From positions 17,376-81,375 of the IMG/VR virus record IMGVR_UViG_3300032053_000034: DNA of 64,000 nucleotides, one strand, 5' to 3'. This document shows, piece after piece, positions 41,547 through 50,374 of this stretch (position 1 is its first letter; every line of letters starts with the position of its first letter). Both the position numbers and the translations under genes were made by a program. The notes beneath the pieces were generated by a model that was not told the DNA's origin, ran no database searches, and was given only the letters and a program-made list of their open reading frames with translations. The DNA is from a virus.

Positions 41547-42638
41547 TTATTTGTTTTCTAATTGTTCACGATACTGAATAAATCCACGGAAATTCTTGCA
41601 CCATCCAAGAGAATTACCTTCTGGCTGATATCCTTCCATTGTACTTGAGTGATCAAAAAGTAAACCTTTTACATTTGTCTCGTACTCTTTGTCATCCATT
41701 GCTTTTGCACAGTGCTCAAAAGGACTCATGTGTTTTGATTTTAAAAGATTATCATGAAGAGATAAGTCTTTTGTGAAATCAATTTTTGCATCATCACCAA
41801 GAGTTTCATAACTAAGTCTTGCACACCTTGCAGATGATACCATTAGTTGTGCTGTTTGAAGATTAAGCTTTATATTAGTCTTGCTGAAGTAATCACCAGA
41901 AGCAAAGCCAAGTAAAACTATTTCAGCTTCTTCCATGGCATCAATGTTAAAATATGGAATATGCCATTCACCGGGTTCAAGAATTTTTGGAGAACTTTCT
42001 ACCATTGCATCATACATGCACTCAGCAAGTCTCATCATATGAACCTCAGCTTGGCCTTTATTTATAGAAAGCCAACCTAATTCACTATATGATTCAAATT
42101 GTTTTGACACAATAGCACTGTCAGAAAATTGTCTTATTAAATCTTTTCTTGATTTAGCTTTGTAAATTCTGTCAATTAGAAAATACTCATATTGAGGACA
42201 TCTTAAATTAAAGAAATTCTCAAACTCAGTTGCAGTAAGAAGTACTTTATGCCACATAAATGGCTCTAAATACCTATTACATATTTGTTTAGTAAGGCCT
42301 TTTTCATTTGCGTCAATAGCTCTCTCTACTGCCTGATCTCTTGCTTTAAGATGATTCATTGTCAACCAAGAAATATCTTTTTTATCAGTAAAATACTCAG
42401 TTCCTTGCATGCCTTTGTGGTCCTTTTGCCAAGCAATAGGAATGAATGGGTCTTCTTTTACTGATTTAAGCATTTTTTCAAAAGGAATAGCCCTGCTTGA
42501 TGCTGAATTTTTAGAAAATAACCGGTGAGTATTTAATTCTGCCAAAATAAATCTTGGAAAAACCAACTCCATTGTTGTTATGCGATGACCTTTTCTTGAA
42601 ATAGAGTCTGCAACTATTTTTGCGCTAATTTTTGTCAT
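41547..42638 (-). CDS. thyX: Flavin-dependent thymidylate synthase (ThyX/Thy1)
   Basis: ELNTHRLFSKNSASSRAIP, KQICNRYLEPF and HMSPFEH motifs of phage Thy1. Confidence 0.85.
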   Translation of the reverse strand: MTKISAKIVADSISRKGHRITTMELVFPRFILAELNTHRLFSKNSASSRAIPFEKMLKSVKEDPFIPIAWQKDHKGMQGTEYFTDKKDISWLTMNHLKARDQAVERAIDANEKGLTKQICNRYLEPFMWHKVLLTATEFENFFNLRCPQYEYFLIDRIYKAKSRKDLIRQFSDSAIVSKQFESYSELGWLSINKGQAEVHMMRLAECMYDAMVESSPKILEPGEWHIPYFNIDAMEEAEIVLLGFASGDYFSKTNIKLNLQTAQLMVSSARCARLSYETLGDDAKIDFTKDLSLHDNLLKSKHMSPFEHCAKAMDDKEYETNVKGLLFDHSSTMEGYQPEGNSLGWCKNFRGFIQYREQLENK

Positions 42639-42645
42639 ATAAATA

Positions 42646-43347
42646 TTAGAAGAATTTGGTGAGATTTGCTGGTTGATAAAGGTAAGATTTAAGAATCTTA
42701 TCAGTACCTACTTCTTTCATTACAAAACCTGTAGGTGCTTCTTGATAATTTACATCTCTTCCTGCGTCAGCATACTTTTGCTTAGAAATCTTGGCCTCCT
42801 CTTCTGTTTTACACATTTTAGAGTAATTGCTTTTCATTACTTCATTAAAAGCTGGCTCTGCAAGATTAGTTAATCCAAAAGCATTAATTGCACCATAAAG
42901 AACAACTCTTAAATCAGTAACAGCATCAAGTGCTTCTGGCATGTTAATTTCTCCAGTATTTGCAACACAATGAGAAGCCTCTGTAAGCATCAAATCACAG
43001 AACTCTTGTTCTACAGATAGAGCTGTAGCCAACTCATGAAGTTCTTCAAGTATGAGCCTTAGTCTTTTAATCGAAAGCTCTTTATTTGGATCTGTTGGGT
43101 ATTCAAAAGTTGGGTGATTAAAATCTCTATTCCAACATTCAACCAGATTTATTGGGGTTTCTGCCTTAAGGATTTCTTTAAAATTTTCCCAACCCTCATC
43201 AATTTCATATTTAGCCAATTCTAACTTGAGACTCTTAATCATTCTCTCTTTTAGTTCTAAGCCTTTTTCTGAAACATCTTCAGATTCTTCCCATTTTGCC
43301 AAGCCATTTTTAATCTCGGCTATTTCACTTTGAATATCTTTTGCCAT
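42646..43347 (-). CDS. MazG-like / all-alpha NTP pyrophosphohydrolase (dUTPase-like)
   Basis: RLILEELHEL, EALDAVTDLRVV.YG, EVMKSNYSK and KILK motifs; next to thyX. Confidence 0.8.
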   Translation of the reverse strand: MAKDIQSEIAEIKNGLAKWEESEDVSEKGLELKERMIKSLKLELAKYEIDEGWENFKEILKAETPINLVECWNRDFNHPTFEYPTDPNKELSIKRLRLILEELHELATALSVEQEFCDLMLTEASHCVANTGEINMPEALDAVTDLRVVLYGAINAFGLTNLAEPAFNEVMKSNYSKMCKTEEEAKISKQKYADAGRDVNYQEAPTGFVMKEVGTDKILKSYLYQPANLTKFF

Positions 43348-43549
43348 AATATTTTCTTTTTACAATGTACATGTTAACATATTCACCCGACTTGCTATAT
43401 TTTTGAATTACAATATCAGAATCCAAATAAGTAAATAGCCTAATAAAATCAGAATACTCCCTTGCTTCACAATTATATCCTAACTCTTTTAGGTGATTTA
43501 ATTGCTTTACAAGTGGAGTATTCTTCATTTTTTCTAATAGATTATCCAT
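43325..43549 (-). CDS. Hypothetical protein
   Basis: 74 aa, overlaps its neighbours in the operon. Confidence 0.5.
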   Translation of the reverse strand: MDNLLEKMKNTPLVKQLNHLKELGYNCEAREYSDFIRLFTYLDSDIVIQKYSKSGEYVNMYIVKRKYYGKRYSK

Positions 43550-43898
43550 TTCCGCGAAAGGTTAGTTTTATTTTATTGAGCTTAGGAACTACATCAATTA
43601 TGTGCCTATTTTCAAGCAATATACCCTTTTTAGAAATAGATACATAACCTCTTATTTGAATTACAGAGTGTATAAACCAATACAAAACCTTAACCTCAAC
43701 ATCATAATTAATGTCTTCATAATTTTCAAAGAAAATAGGATACTTACCAATCAAATGACAATCATCTGTATTATCAAGATTAAGCTTTCTTGGTTTTTTC
43801 CCATCCTCATATAACCATACTTCAGATAAATGTAATTCTCTGTGTCCAGAAATATAGTACTTTGTTATTATGATTTTAAACTTATGCTTCTTTAGCAT
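43542..43898 (-). CDS. Hypothetical protein
   Basis: 118 aa, TAATG-coupled to the upstream gene. Confidence 0.55.
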   Translation of the reverse strand: MLKKHKFKIIITKYYISGHRELHLSEVWLYEDGKKPRKLNLDNTDDCHLIGKYPIFFENYEDINYDVEVKVLYWFIHSVIQIRGYVSISKKGILLENRHIIDVVPKLNKIKLTFRGNG

Positions 43899-44494
43899 TA
43901 TTTAATATTTAGACTGTCTTTTTTAAGGACATCTGCACCAGGTACTATAGTGCCATCATTAATTGTGTTTTTAATTTTAGTCTTATCTGGAGAGCAGGAT
44001 TGTGTAAATGCAATTTTATTTGCAAGAAGAAAGTCAAGAATTTTAACCTTGTCTACTTGATTTGGTTTAATAACAATTTCATTATTCATGTATTCAACCG
44101 GAATATCTTCCTGGTTGTTAATGAATACAAAAGCTGTCTTTTTGACTGCAAAAGTTATTGTCCCACTTGATATAGACTTTGCCTTTTCTTTGCCTTTGTA
44201 ATCACCAAACTCATTTACAGCACTAAGCATTCTTGTCTCAAGACTCTCAATAAGTTTCTTTTTCTTAAAAAGCCATCTTTCAATTCTTGCAATTTCTAAT
44301 TTTGCAAGCTCTTCTTCTTGATTGATAGATTTAATAACATCAGAATAAGTGGTTAGCTTAACCGCAAGATTCTCTCTTGTAATAGCAAGTGCTATCTCTT
44401 GTTCTGGAGTTACTACCCCATCATTTTCTGCAATATTTGCAAGTGTTTCTGATAAAGAGGCCTCTATTTGATAAAGACTAAGTGAGTTTTCCAT
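43898..44494 (-). CDS. Siphovirus Gp157-family protein
   Basis: SLYQI N-terminus, coiled coil, IPVEYM and PDKTKIK...VPGA C-terminus. Confidence 0.8.
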   Translation of the reverse strand: MENSLSLYQIEASLSETLANIAENDGVVTPEQEIALAITRENLAVKLTTYSDVIKSINQEEELAKLEIARIERWLFKKKKLIESLETRMLSAVNEFGDYKGKEKAKSISSGTITFAVKKTAFVFINNQEDIPVEYMNNEIVIKPNQVDKVKILDFLLANKIAFTQSCSPDKTKIKNTINDGTIVPGADVLKKDSLNIK

Positions 44495-44517
44495 ATTAGA
44501 TTCCAGTTTTTATAATG

Positions 44518-44931
44518 TCAAAGTATAAAGCATTTAACTCCGCACTCTTTCTTATTAACCTCATAGCCAAGTGGTATCACAACCACATTATCCATATTGT
44601 CTCTTGAAAGGTAGCCATGTTCCTCCATTTCATCCAAGATAACTTGAGTTATATTATTATAATCAAATTCTCTCTTGGTATCCCTGATAAGATACATCCC
44701 AAGAAGAATAGGTTTAGAAGTAGCATTGGCTACCTCTAAAAACCTTGACTTTTGTATTGAGAACACCAAAGAAATGTTTCTTTCAAAAGCTGTTACATTC
44801 TTACTTGAAATTATATGTGTACCAGTCCAACGTTTACTATTTTTCTTTGATGGAATATTTATTCCTTGAATGTAAAAATTTGGATTTGCCAAATCTACAC
44901 TGAACAGATCTATTAATCTTTGGATTACCAT
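44518..44931 (-). CDS. RusA-like Holliday junction resolvase
   Basis: IPSKKNS and RD..R.FDYNN..Q..LD.M...GY...DN motifs. Confidence 0.7.
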   Translation of the reverse strand: MVIQRLIDLFSVDLANPNFYIQGINIPSKKNSKRWTGTHIISSKNVTAFERNISLVFSIQKSRFLEVANATSKPILLGMYLIRDTKREFDYNNITQVILDEMEEHGYLSRDNMDNVVVIPLGYEVNKKECGVKCFIL

Positions 44932-45755
44932 TATAAATCAAATTCACTTAGTGGTACAAATCCCTCCCCTATACCAGTAACAACTTCTTTCCCTTGTTTA
45001 TTAAGAGGTAAAGACGGATTAATAGTTCTTAATACTCCTCTGGAATGAGATCCATAATTAACAAGTATTCCATTAATAAATCTTTGCTTAATCTCTTCAA
45101 TAATATTTTTTGGTATAGTATCAATTCTATGCCCATCTCTTTCCAGGCAAAATGTAGATTTCTGTCTGTATAACTGATCAATATTGTCTTTTGCTATTAT
45201 TGGAATGTTTTGGTTTTCTGCAATACTCCAGTAATATGAAAATTCACGTTGTGAAGGCTTAGTAATCCTAGTATAACTTGTCTTAGCCACATATACAATT
45301 CCTTCATTTGTGAAACTGCCAGTAGTAAGCATTTGATATATTATCCTTTTTGCTTCTGAAGCTCTTACAAACATATCAATATATGGATCACCACCTCTTG
45401 AAAAACATGTATATACATTTGCTCCAATAAAAGTAATTCCATATTGACTTAACCTTCCTGACATAGAATCTTCTCTTGAAGATTTCGCGTTTATCATTGC
45501 AAAAGGGATACTAGTCCCGGTGACCCTCATCCTTCCAATATTAGTAGTTTCAAGATCACTAATAAACATGTCTATATCACTTTCTGTTAAATTAATAAGG
45601 AGTTCTTCACTAGAATTAACCTCTTTTACAAACATGGCAATCATGTATAAATCTATAGCCGTAAGCCATACTTTCTTATAATCAACATGCTTTGATTCAT
45701 CAGGGTTAAAAACAATATTTTCACTACCCTTTAATATGTCTTGGAGGCTATACAT
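44931..45755 (-). CDS. Hypothetical protein coupled to the E1 gene
   Basis: 274 aa; overlaps the E1 stop by 8 nt; no recognisable motif. Confidence 0.6.
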   Translation of the reverse strand: MYSLQDILKGSENIVFNPDESKHVDYKKVWLTAIDLYMIAMFVKEVNSSEELLINLTESDIDMFISDLETTNIGRMRVTGTSIPFAMINAKSSREDSMSGRLSQYGITFIGANVYTCFSRGGDPYIDMFVRASEAKRIIYQMLTTGSFTNEGIVYVAKTSYTRITKPSQREFSYYWSIAENQNIPIIAKDNIDQLYRQKSTFCLERDGHRIDTIPKNIIEEIKQRFINGILVNYGSHSRGVLRTINPSLPLNKQGKEVVTGIGEGFVPLSEFDL

Positions 45756-46458
45756 AAGTTTTGGCTATGTCTAATTGTTGCAAATTAACATAACAATGAA
45801 ATGGTACATCTAAGATAGTCATGCCATTAATCTTGTTGGAGATTAAATTGTTAATTGCTGCCATTCCAAGACTAGTAATCAATGTTGCATTGTGAGTGGT
45901 TGCCTTGGCATTACATGGTAATTCCTCAGCATCATCATCAGAAAACAATGATTTAGCATACTCATTTGCTTGAGCACCATTAGTAATAAGAAAGAATTCA
46001 GAATGTTGAGGCGAACTTCTAAAGTCAATAAAGAACCTATGCTTAGGAGTTGTTCCAGCAGCTTTATGTTCCATTTGCTTTTTAACCCAAAGCTCATAAT
46101 ACATCTTTCTGTACTTCATGCTATCTACTGCAGAAACAAAGCAATCACCAATATCTGCTGTAGTTGTTGGTACAAAATACCCAGCATGAGCTTGAGTTGA
46201 AACATCACTACCAGAGAATAGTTTAATATTGCTTGCTAGTGCAGTTGCTTTGTTTGCTGATAAATTATGTACACCACAGAACTGAGCTGATATATTTTGG
46301 ACCGAGTATAGGTCATTGTCCCATAACTCAAGCAGGTGTCCAATCCTGCTTAAATATAGGGACATCCATGATCCTATCATACCACATCCAATTACTTGTA
46401 TTTTGAGTTTACTTACGGACCACTCAAAAGCACTAAACCTTTTGTTTGCAGTACTCAT
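45748..46458 (-). CDS. ThiF/E1-like ubiquitin-like-protein activating enzyme
   Basis: VIGCGMIGS nucleotide-binding loop, WDND..S..N...Q, KA.AL, AVDS...R, DFRS; candidate catalytic Cys in ELPCNAK (45913-45915); no CxxC pairs. Confidence 0.88.
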   Translation of the reverse strand: MSTANKRFSAFEWSVSKLKIQVIGCGMIGSWMSLYLSRIGHLLELWDNDLYSVQNISAQFCGVHNLSANKATALASNIKLFSGSDVSTQAHAGYFVPTTTADIGDCFVSAVDSMKYRKMYYELWVKKQMEHKAAGTTPKHRFFIDFRSSPQHSEFFLITNGAQANEYAKSLFSDDDAEELPCNAKATTHNATLITSLGMAAINNLISNKINGMTILDVPFHCYVNLQQLDIAKTYV

Positions 46459-46463
46459 GATTT

Positions 46464-47390
46464 TTAATGTTTACGTCTATTTTCTCTTCTTTTTTCTCTG
46501 GATTCAGTCCACATTTTTACAGCACTATTACTACTGATTTTCTCATCTTTCTCATCAAAGATGTCATCAACTGGAGTGCCATTTTGAGTTGTTTCCACAA
46601 CACCAAAATCCTCGTCAAACTTTTCAGATCCATTATTAAATCCAATTTCACTTTGAACATAAGGTGCATTCCTGAATTTTCTTGAATTGGTTTCAAGATT
46701 TTCCCAGTCAGCCTCTCTTGTTCCTCCACGAAAAGAATCTGCCCTCACAGATACCTGAAAGTCATTTCCTTCTCTTGATGTAGAATCTCTAAAAAAGCTA
46801 GGCTTTGCTTTTGCCAGCTCCTTGAATCTTTCCTCACAGCAAATCATTTTTACAATTTCGCAATCATAAACTTTAATGAATTTCTGTTGTGAAATTACGT
46901 TTGCAGGAAGATTAGGGATATTTTCAAACATTTCAACAACATTTCCCTCAATTACTGTAGAAACCTTAGCCTTATAACTACCAGCACAGTTTACAATCAA
47001 TGACAGAAACTGAGGAAAGAAATCTGCATTCACATGAAGTACGCGAGAATCCTCTCCACTAAAGAAAGTGTCCATATTGTGATGAGAATGCATTAAACCC
47101 ATTGTCCACCCATTTTCTGAGACCTCAGGGTTCTCCATATAGATGTCAGGCATGTTTGTGTTAAAATCAAACTTAGTGAATCCAGAAGTCCCCAAATCCA
47201 TCAAATAGAAGCCATGAACTAGAAATGATAAATCTTCTGGTTTTGATAAGTCGCCATTTACAGAATAAAAGATAACTCCAGACCATTCAAGGCTTTTATA
47301 CTCTCTATGCATGAAATCAATATCATTAAGGACATTTGGAGAAATTACTACTTTAGGTTTACCAAAACCTGTATATTTTACTACTTCCAT
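46464..47390 (-). CDS. JAB/MPN+ (JAMM) metalloprotease, DUB-like
   Basis: EWSG plus HSHHNMDTFFSGED matches E...HxH-x7-S-x2-D exactly (47049-47090); acidic disordered C-terminal tail. Confidence 0.9.
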   Translation of the reverse strand: MEVVKYTGFGKPKVVISPNVLNDIDFMHREYKSLEWSGVIFYSVNGDLSKPEDLSFLVHGFYLMDLGTSGFTKFDFNTNMPDIYMENPEVSENGWTMGLMHSHHNMDTFFSGEDSRVLHVNADFFPQFLSLIVNCAGSYKAKVSTVIEGNVVEMFENIPNLPANVISQQKFIKVYDCEIVKMICCEERFKELAKAKPSFFRDSTSREGNDFQVSVRADSFRGGTREADWENLETNSRKFRNAPYVQSEIGFNNGSEKFDEDFGVVETTQNGTPVDDIFDEKDEKISSNSAVKMWTESREKRRENRRKH

Positions 47391-48451
47391 TACCTATTTT
47401 TATTTAGAAGGTGATTTAAAATTAACTTATCCGAAGTTGGATGTACTCTTTTGTAATTTTCAGTGTATCTAACAACCCTATCAGGACTTCCAAATATGTC
47501 CCTTATTTTTTCATTATAGATTTCAATAATAACCTCTTTAATAATGTTTACAGTAGTTGGGGTTGGGAAATCAACCAAAACTTCAGTAGCTCTTTTTGCT
47601 GGGTCTGTACTTAATACTGGAGGATGAATTACTATGGGTCTTTCTTCTCTTTTGAATTTTATGAATTTACCTGGAATAGTTCCATGTCTTAAAGTAATAA
47701 GATATGCATCATTATTGTCTTCATACACAAACTCATCTGCATATCCTTTTTCAGTATTATAAATACCAAGATGATGCTTACCTAATTTCTTAGCAAATTC
47801 AAACAGATAATCCTCAGAAACACATGGAGTAATTGGATTGGCTCCTTCAGCATAAGAGAAGTCTGGGAAATAACCAAGATCCATTATGATTCTTCCAGCC
47901 TCTTCTGATGTCAGTCTTGGTCTTGTTTGTGCTGCACCTCCCCTTACTGCAGTGCCTTGGGTAATATGTATAAATGGACTTGCTCCTTCACACCCCATAA
48001 ATATATCAATCATGTTTGCCATCAAAAAGAAGTCATCATAACTGAATATTCGATTTCCAGACCTATTCTTCATTAATGAAAGCTCAGAGTTTCCTAGACA
48101 GAAATCACCAAAGCCTTTATTTTCTCTACCTGATTGCAGATGAGAATGTCTATAATTGTTTTGATATTGTAATGCAGAGTATGAACCCACATCACCTTGT
48201 ATCCTTGTTATTGTAATCCCAGAATCTGCTCTTGCAGTAAAATTAAGCATAACATATAAATCAGTTATGTTAATTCTTTTTGTGTGGTCACTATTTAATA
48301 CAACTGTTTTGGTTGGAAAATGAATTAAAACTGATCGGCCTTGTAAGCAAACAAATTCTTCACCAAAATAAGCATTAAACGCTGATACCATTTCTCTTAC
48401 TTTTGGATTTATTGCCATTTGTATAAGTGATTTAAGCCGGTGTATTTCCAT
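47390..48451 (-). CDS. Prokaryotic E2-like conjugating enzyme with C-terminal extension
   Basis: YRHSHL-x10-FCLG resembles the UBC HPN...CL / Prok-E2 HPH...CLG signature (Cys codon 48098-48100), preceded by beta-strands; coupled to JAB and E1. Confidence 0.65.
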   Translation of the reverse strand: MEIHRLKSLIQMAINPKVREMVSAFNAYFGEEFVCLQGRSVLIHFPTKTVVLNSDHTKRINITDLYVMLNFTARADSGITITRIQGDVGSYSALQYQNNYRHSHLQSGRENKGFGDFCLGNSELSLMKNRSGNRIFSYDDFFLMANMIDIFMGCEGASPFIHITQGTAVRGGAAQTRPRLTSEEAGRIIMDLGYFPDFSYAEGANPITPCVSEDYLFEFAKKLGKHHLGIYNTEKGYADEFVYEDNNDAYLITLRHGTIPGKFIKFKREERPIVIHPPVLSTDPAKRATEVLVDFPTPTTVNIIKEVIIEIYNEKIRDIFGSPDRVVRYTENYKRVHPTSDKLILNHLLNKNR

Positions 48452-49541
48452 TCATAATTTCCTCAAAGGTTCTAAATGGATTTACCGGTATTGCAGTGTT
48501 ATTTGGAACTTCATTAAATGGAACCATTTCAAGAGGATTTACAGGAGTTCTTCTTTCTCTATTAATCCTTTCAATTTCTTCTATTTCCCTTTCATCCTCA
48601 TCATCTGGATCCTCATAATCAACTTCCATTACAATGTCTTCATTACCATAGTCGTCAATATCATCAAGAGGAATTTCACCACCAGTAGAAGTGATGAAAA
48701 CACTTCCGGTTTGCTCCTGTAAAGGATTTGTTGATAGTAATGTTTCAGGATCTACAAATTCAAATTGGTCATTATTCCTTGGATTGCCTCTTCTTCTTCT
48801 TGGAGGAACTTCAGCTGTAATAGCACTTACAGTACCTCTTTCAGTGTTTGCTACATCTCCATTTTGAGTCATAATAACGCCAGATTGATTATCAATAATG
48901 ATTCCTTGTTCTCCCATAAAATGTGCTACATAATCACTAGGAGGTAATTCTTCATGTGGCCCAGGAACTGGTTGAGCTGGCTCAGAATTAATTAATCTTG
49001 CTGAACTTGATAATGCGCCCTCTATGTCTTGAAATGTCTGTAGAGGGGCAGGATTTGATATTCTTGGACTCCTTGTAATATTGTTTTGCCTAGTTGCCCT
49101 ATCAGATAATTCAGTATCAAGCTCTGCAAATGGTCTAAACCTATCTTGAATTGGAGTTTGACTTCCATTCAATAGTGGTTCACCATAGAATAATATTGGT
49201 GCTTCTTTGGCTAGAGTTCTAAATAAACCTTCACCTTTAACAACAGTGAATCCATCATTTTTTGCATCCTGAATCTCTTTAAACCTAAACTTCCAATAAT
49301 TTTCTCTTTCCTTTGTACTGGACTTAAGAAATTCTTTATGTTCTCTTAAGAGTCTTTTGATTCTTTTGTCATAAAGAATGGCTTCATTGCCAGACTTTAT
49401 CTCTCTCTTTTCAATGGCAATTACCCTTGACAAATCTTCTACAAGTTTTTTCCTAGTAGTTGTGTATGTCGGAGCTCCAATACCAAGATCTATGGCTAGA
49501 CATGCAAGCACATCATAGTCATAATTATTCAGGAGTACCAT
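48432..49541 (-). CDS. Protein with N-terminal Rho-N/HEH-like motif and long acidic disordered tail
   Basis: LNNYDYDVLACLAIDLGI...TRKKLVEDL; D/E/P-rich C-terminal half. Confidence 0.5.
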   Translation of the reverse strand: MVLLNNYDYDVLACLAIDLGIGAPTYTTTRKKLVEDLSRVIAIEKREIKSGNEAILYDKRIKRLLREHKEFLKSSTKERENYWKFRFKEIQDAKNDGFTVVKGEGLFRTLAKEAPILFYGEPLLNGSQTPIQDRFRPFAELDTELSDRATRQNNITRSPRISNPAPLQTFQDIEGALSSSARLINSEPAQPVPGPHEELPPSDYVAHFMGEQGIIIDNQSGVIMTQNGDVANTERGTVSAITAEVPPRRRRGNPRNNDQFEFVDPETLLSTNPLQEQTGSVFITSTGGEIPLDDIDDYGNEDIVMEVDYEDPDDEDEREIEEIERINRERRTPVNPLEMVPFNEVPNNTAIPVNPFRTFEEIMNGNTPA

Positions 49542-49977
49542 CCTGAGAACCCATTAGGTCTTCAAAGTTCTTTCCAAAATCTTTTGGAAGATTATTTTGT
49601 CTTCCCATCCCAAATTGCTCAGGATCTAACCCTAGGCATTCCATTGGAATAAGTATAATACCAACCTCTGCTAGTGACCTTTGTGCTTTAAAATAAGATA
49701 TTGCTTCAAATGCTCCTCTTGCTGCTAGTGCTTCACCAACAGATGCAGATAATTTTTGCATTTCTGTAAGATCAGTTTTTGAGGTTAACACAAAATCATC
49801 GCCAATATTGGCATTGGTATTACTTTCGTTTACTTCAGATTTAGGAACTCTCTTTTTTAAAGATTCCTCAACCTCTACTTCAAGTTGTTCCCTGGTCTTA
49901 TTACCAACAACAATTTCTTCGCAATCCATAACTATAGCCATGAGTGCGTTTCTTGAAATTAGACTTAAAATATTCAT
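49525..49977 (-). CDS. Protein with N-terminal Rho-N/HEH-like motif
   Basis: LSLISRNALMAIV...KTREQLEVEV; 150 aa. Confidence 0.45.
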   Translation of the reverse strand: MNILSLISRNALMAIVMDCEEIVVGNKTREQLEVEVEESLKKRVPKSEVNESNTNANIGDDFVLTSKTDLTEMQKLSASVGEALAARGAFEAISYFKAQRSLAEVGIILIPMECLGLDPEQFGMGRQNNLPKDFGKNFEDLMGSQDGTPE

Positions 49978-50001
49978 GCCTACTTAATTTAGTGGTAAAA
50001 C

Positions 50002-50040
50002 AAAAAAAAAACCTCTCCCTGATAACAAGAAGAGGGGTTC
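50002..50040 (-). terminator. Rho-independent terminator directly after the Ubl gene
   Basis: On the - strand: CCTCTTCTTG-TTAT-CAGGGAGAGG followed by T10. Confidence 0.85.
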
Positions 50041-50052
50041 TTTTAATTTAGA

Positions 50053-50370
50053 TTAAAGCAAAATTGCTCCTGACATTTGAGAAGGGCTCAAATATACAGT
50101 TAAGTCACCAAGAGGCAATACTTGCTCTGGAACCAATACTGAAAGAGGTGTTTTGGTTCTATTTGATTCTACAACAGTAATAGACATACCATCTTTAATT
50201 TGAGCAGCTCTCATTAAGTCTGCAGTAGTTCTGAACTCTCCTTCAAATACTGGAGGTGGCATACCTGGAGTTTGATTAGAAGAAACAATAGCAATTCTTC
50301 TTGATGTAGAGGGAATTACATTTGCAGAAGAACCTGTTTCATTATTTGAGTTTTCCGAATTTGGCAACAT
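50053..50370 (-). CDS. Ubiquitin-like (beta-grasp) protein with a masked C-terminal glycine
   Basis: 105 aa; strand-strand-helix-strand-strand-strand pattern (RIAIVSS / VFEGE / TTADLMRAA / MSITVVE / LSVL / LPLGDLTVYLSP) ending SQMSG-AILL; upstream of E2/JAB/E1. Confidence 0.65.
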   Translation of the reverse strand: MLPNSENSNNETGSSANVIPSTSRRIAIVSSNQTPGMPPPVFEGEFRTTADLMRAAQIKDGMSITVVESNRTKTPLSVLVPEQVLPLGDLTVYLSPSQMSGAILL

Positions 50371-50374
50371 GATT

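Noticed and set aside
45748-50370. Reading the ThiF/JAB/Ubl genes as thiamine/molybdopterin or tRNA-thiolation sulfur transfer
   Set aside because: No ThiG, MoaE, rhodanese, desulfurase or PP-loop thiolase lies nearby, and an E2-like gene is present. Disfavoured rather than excluded.
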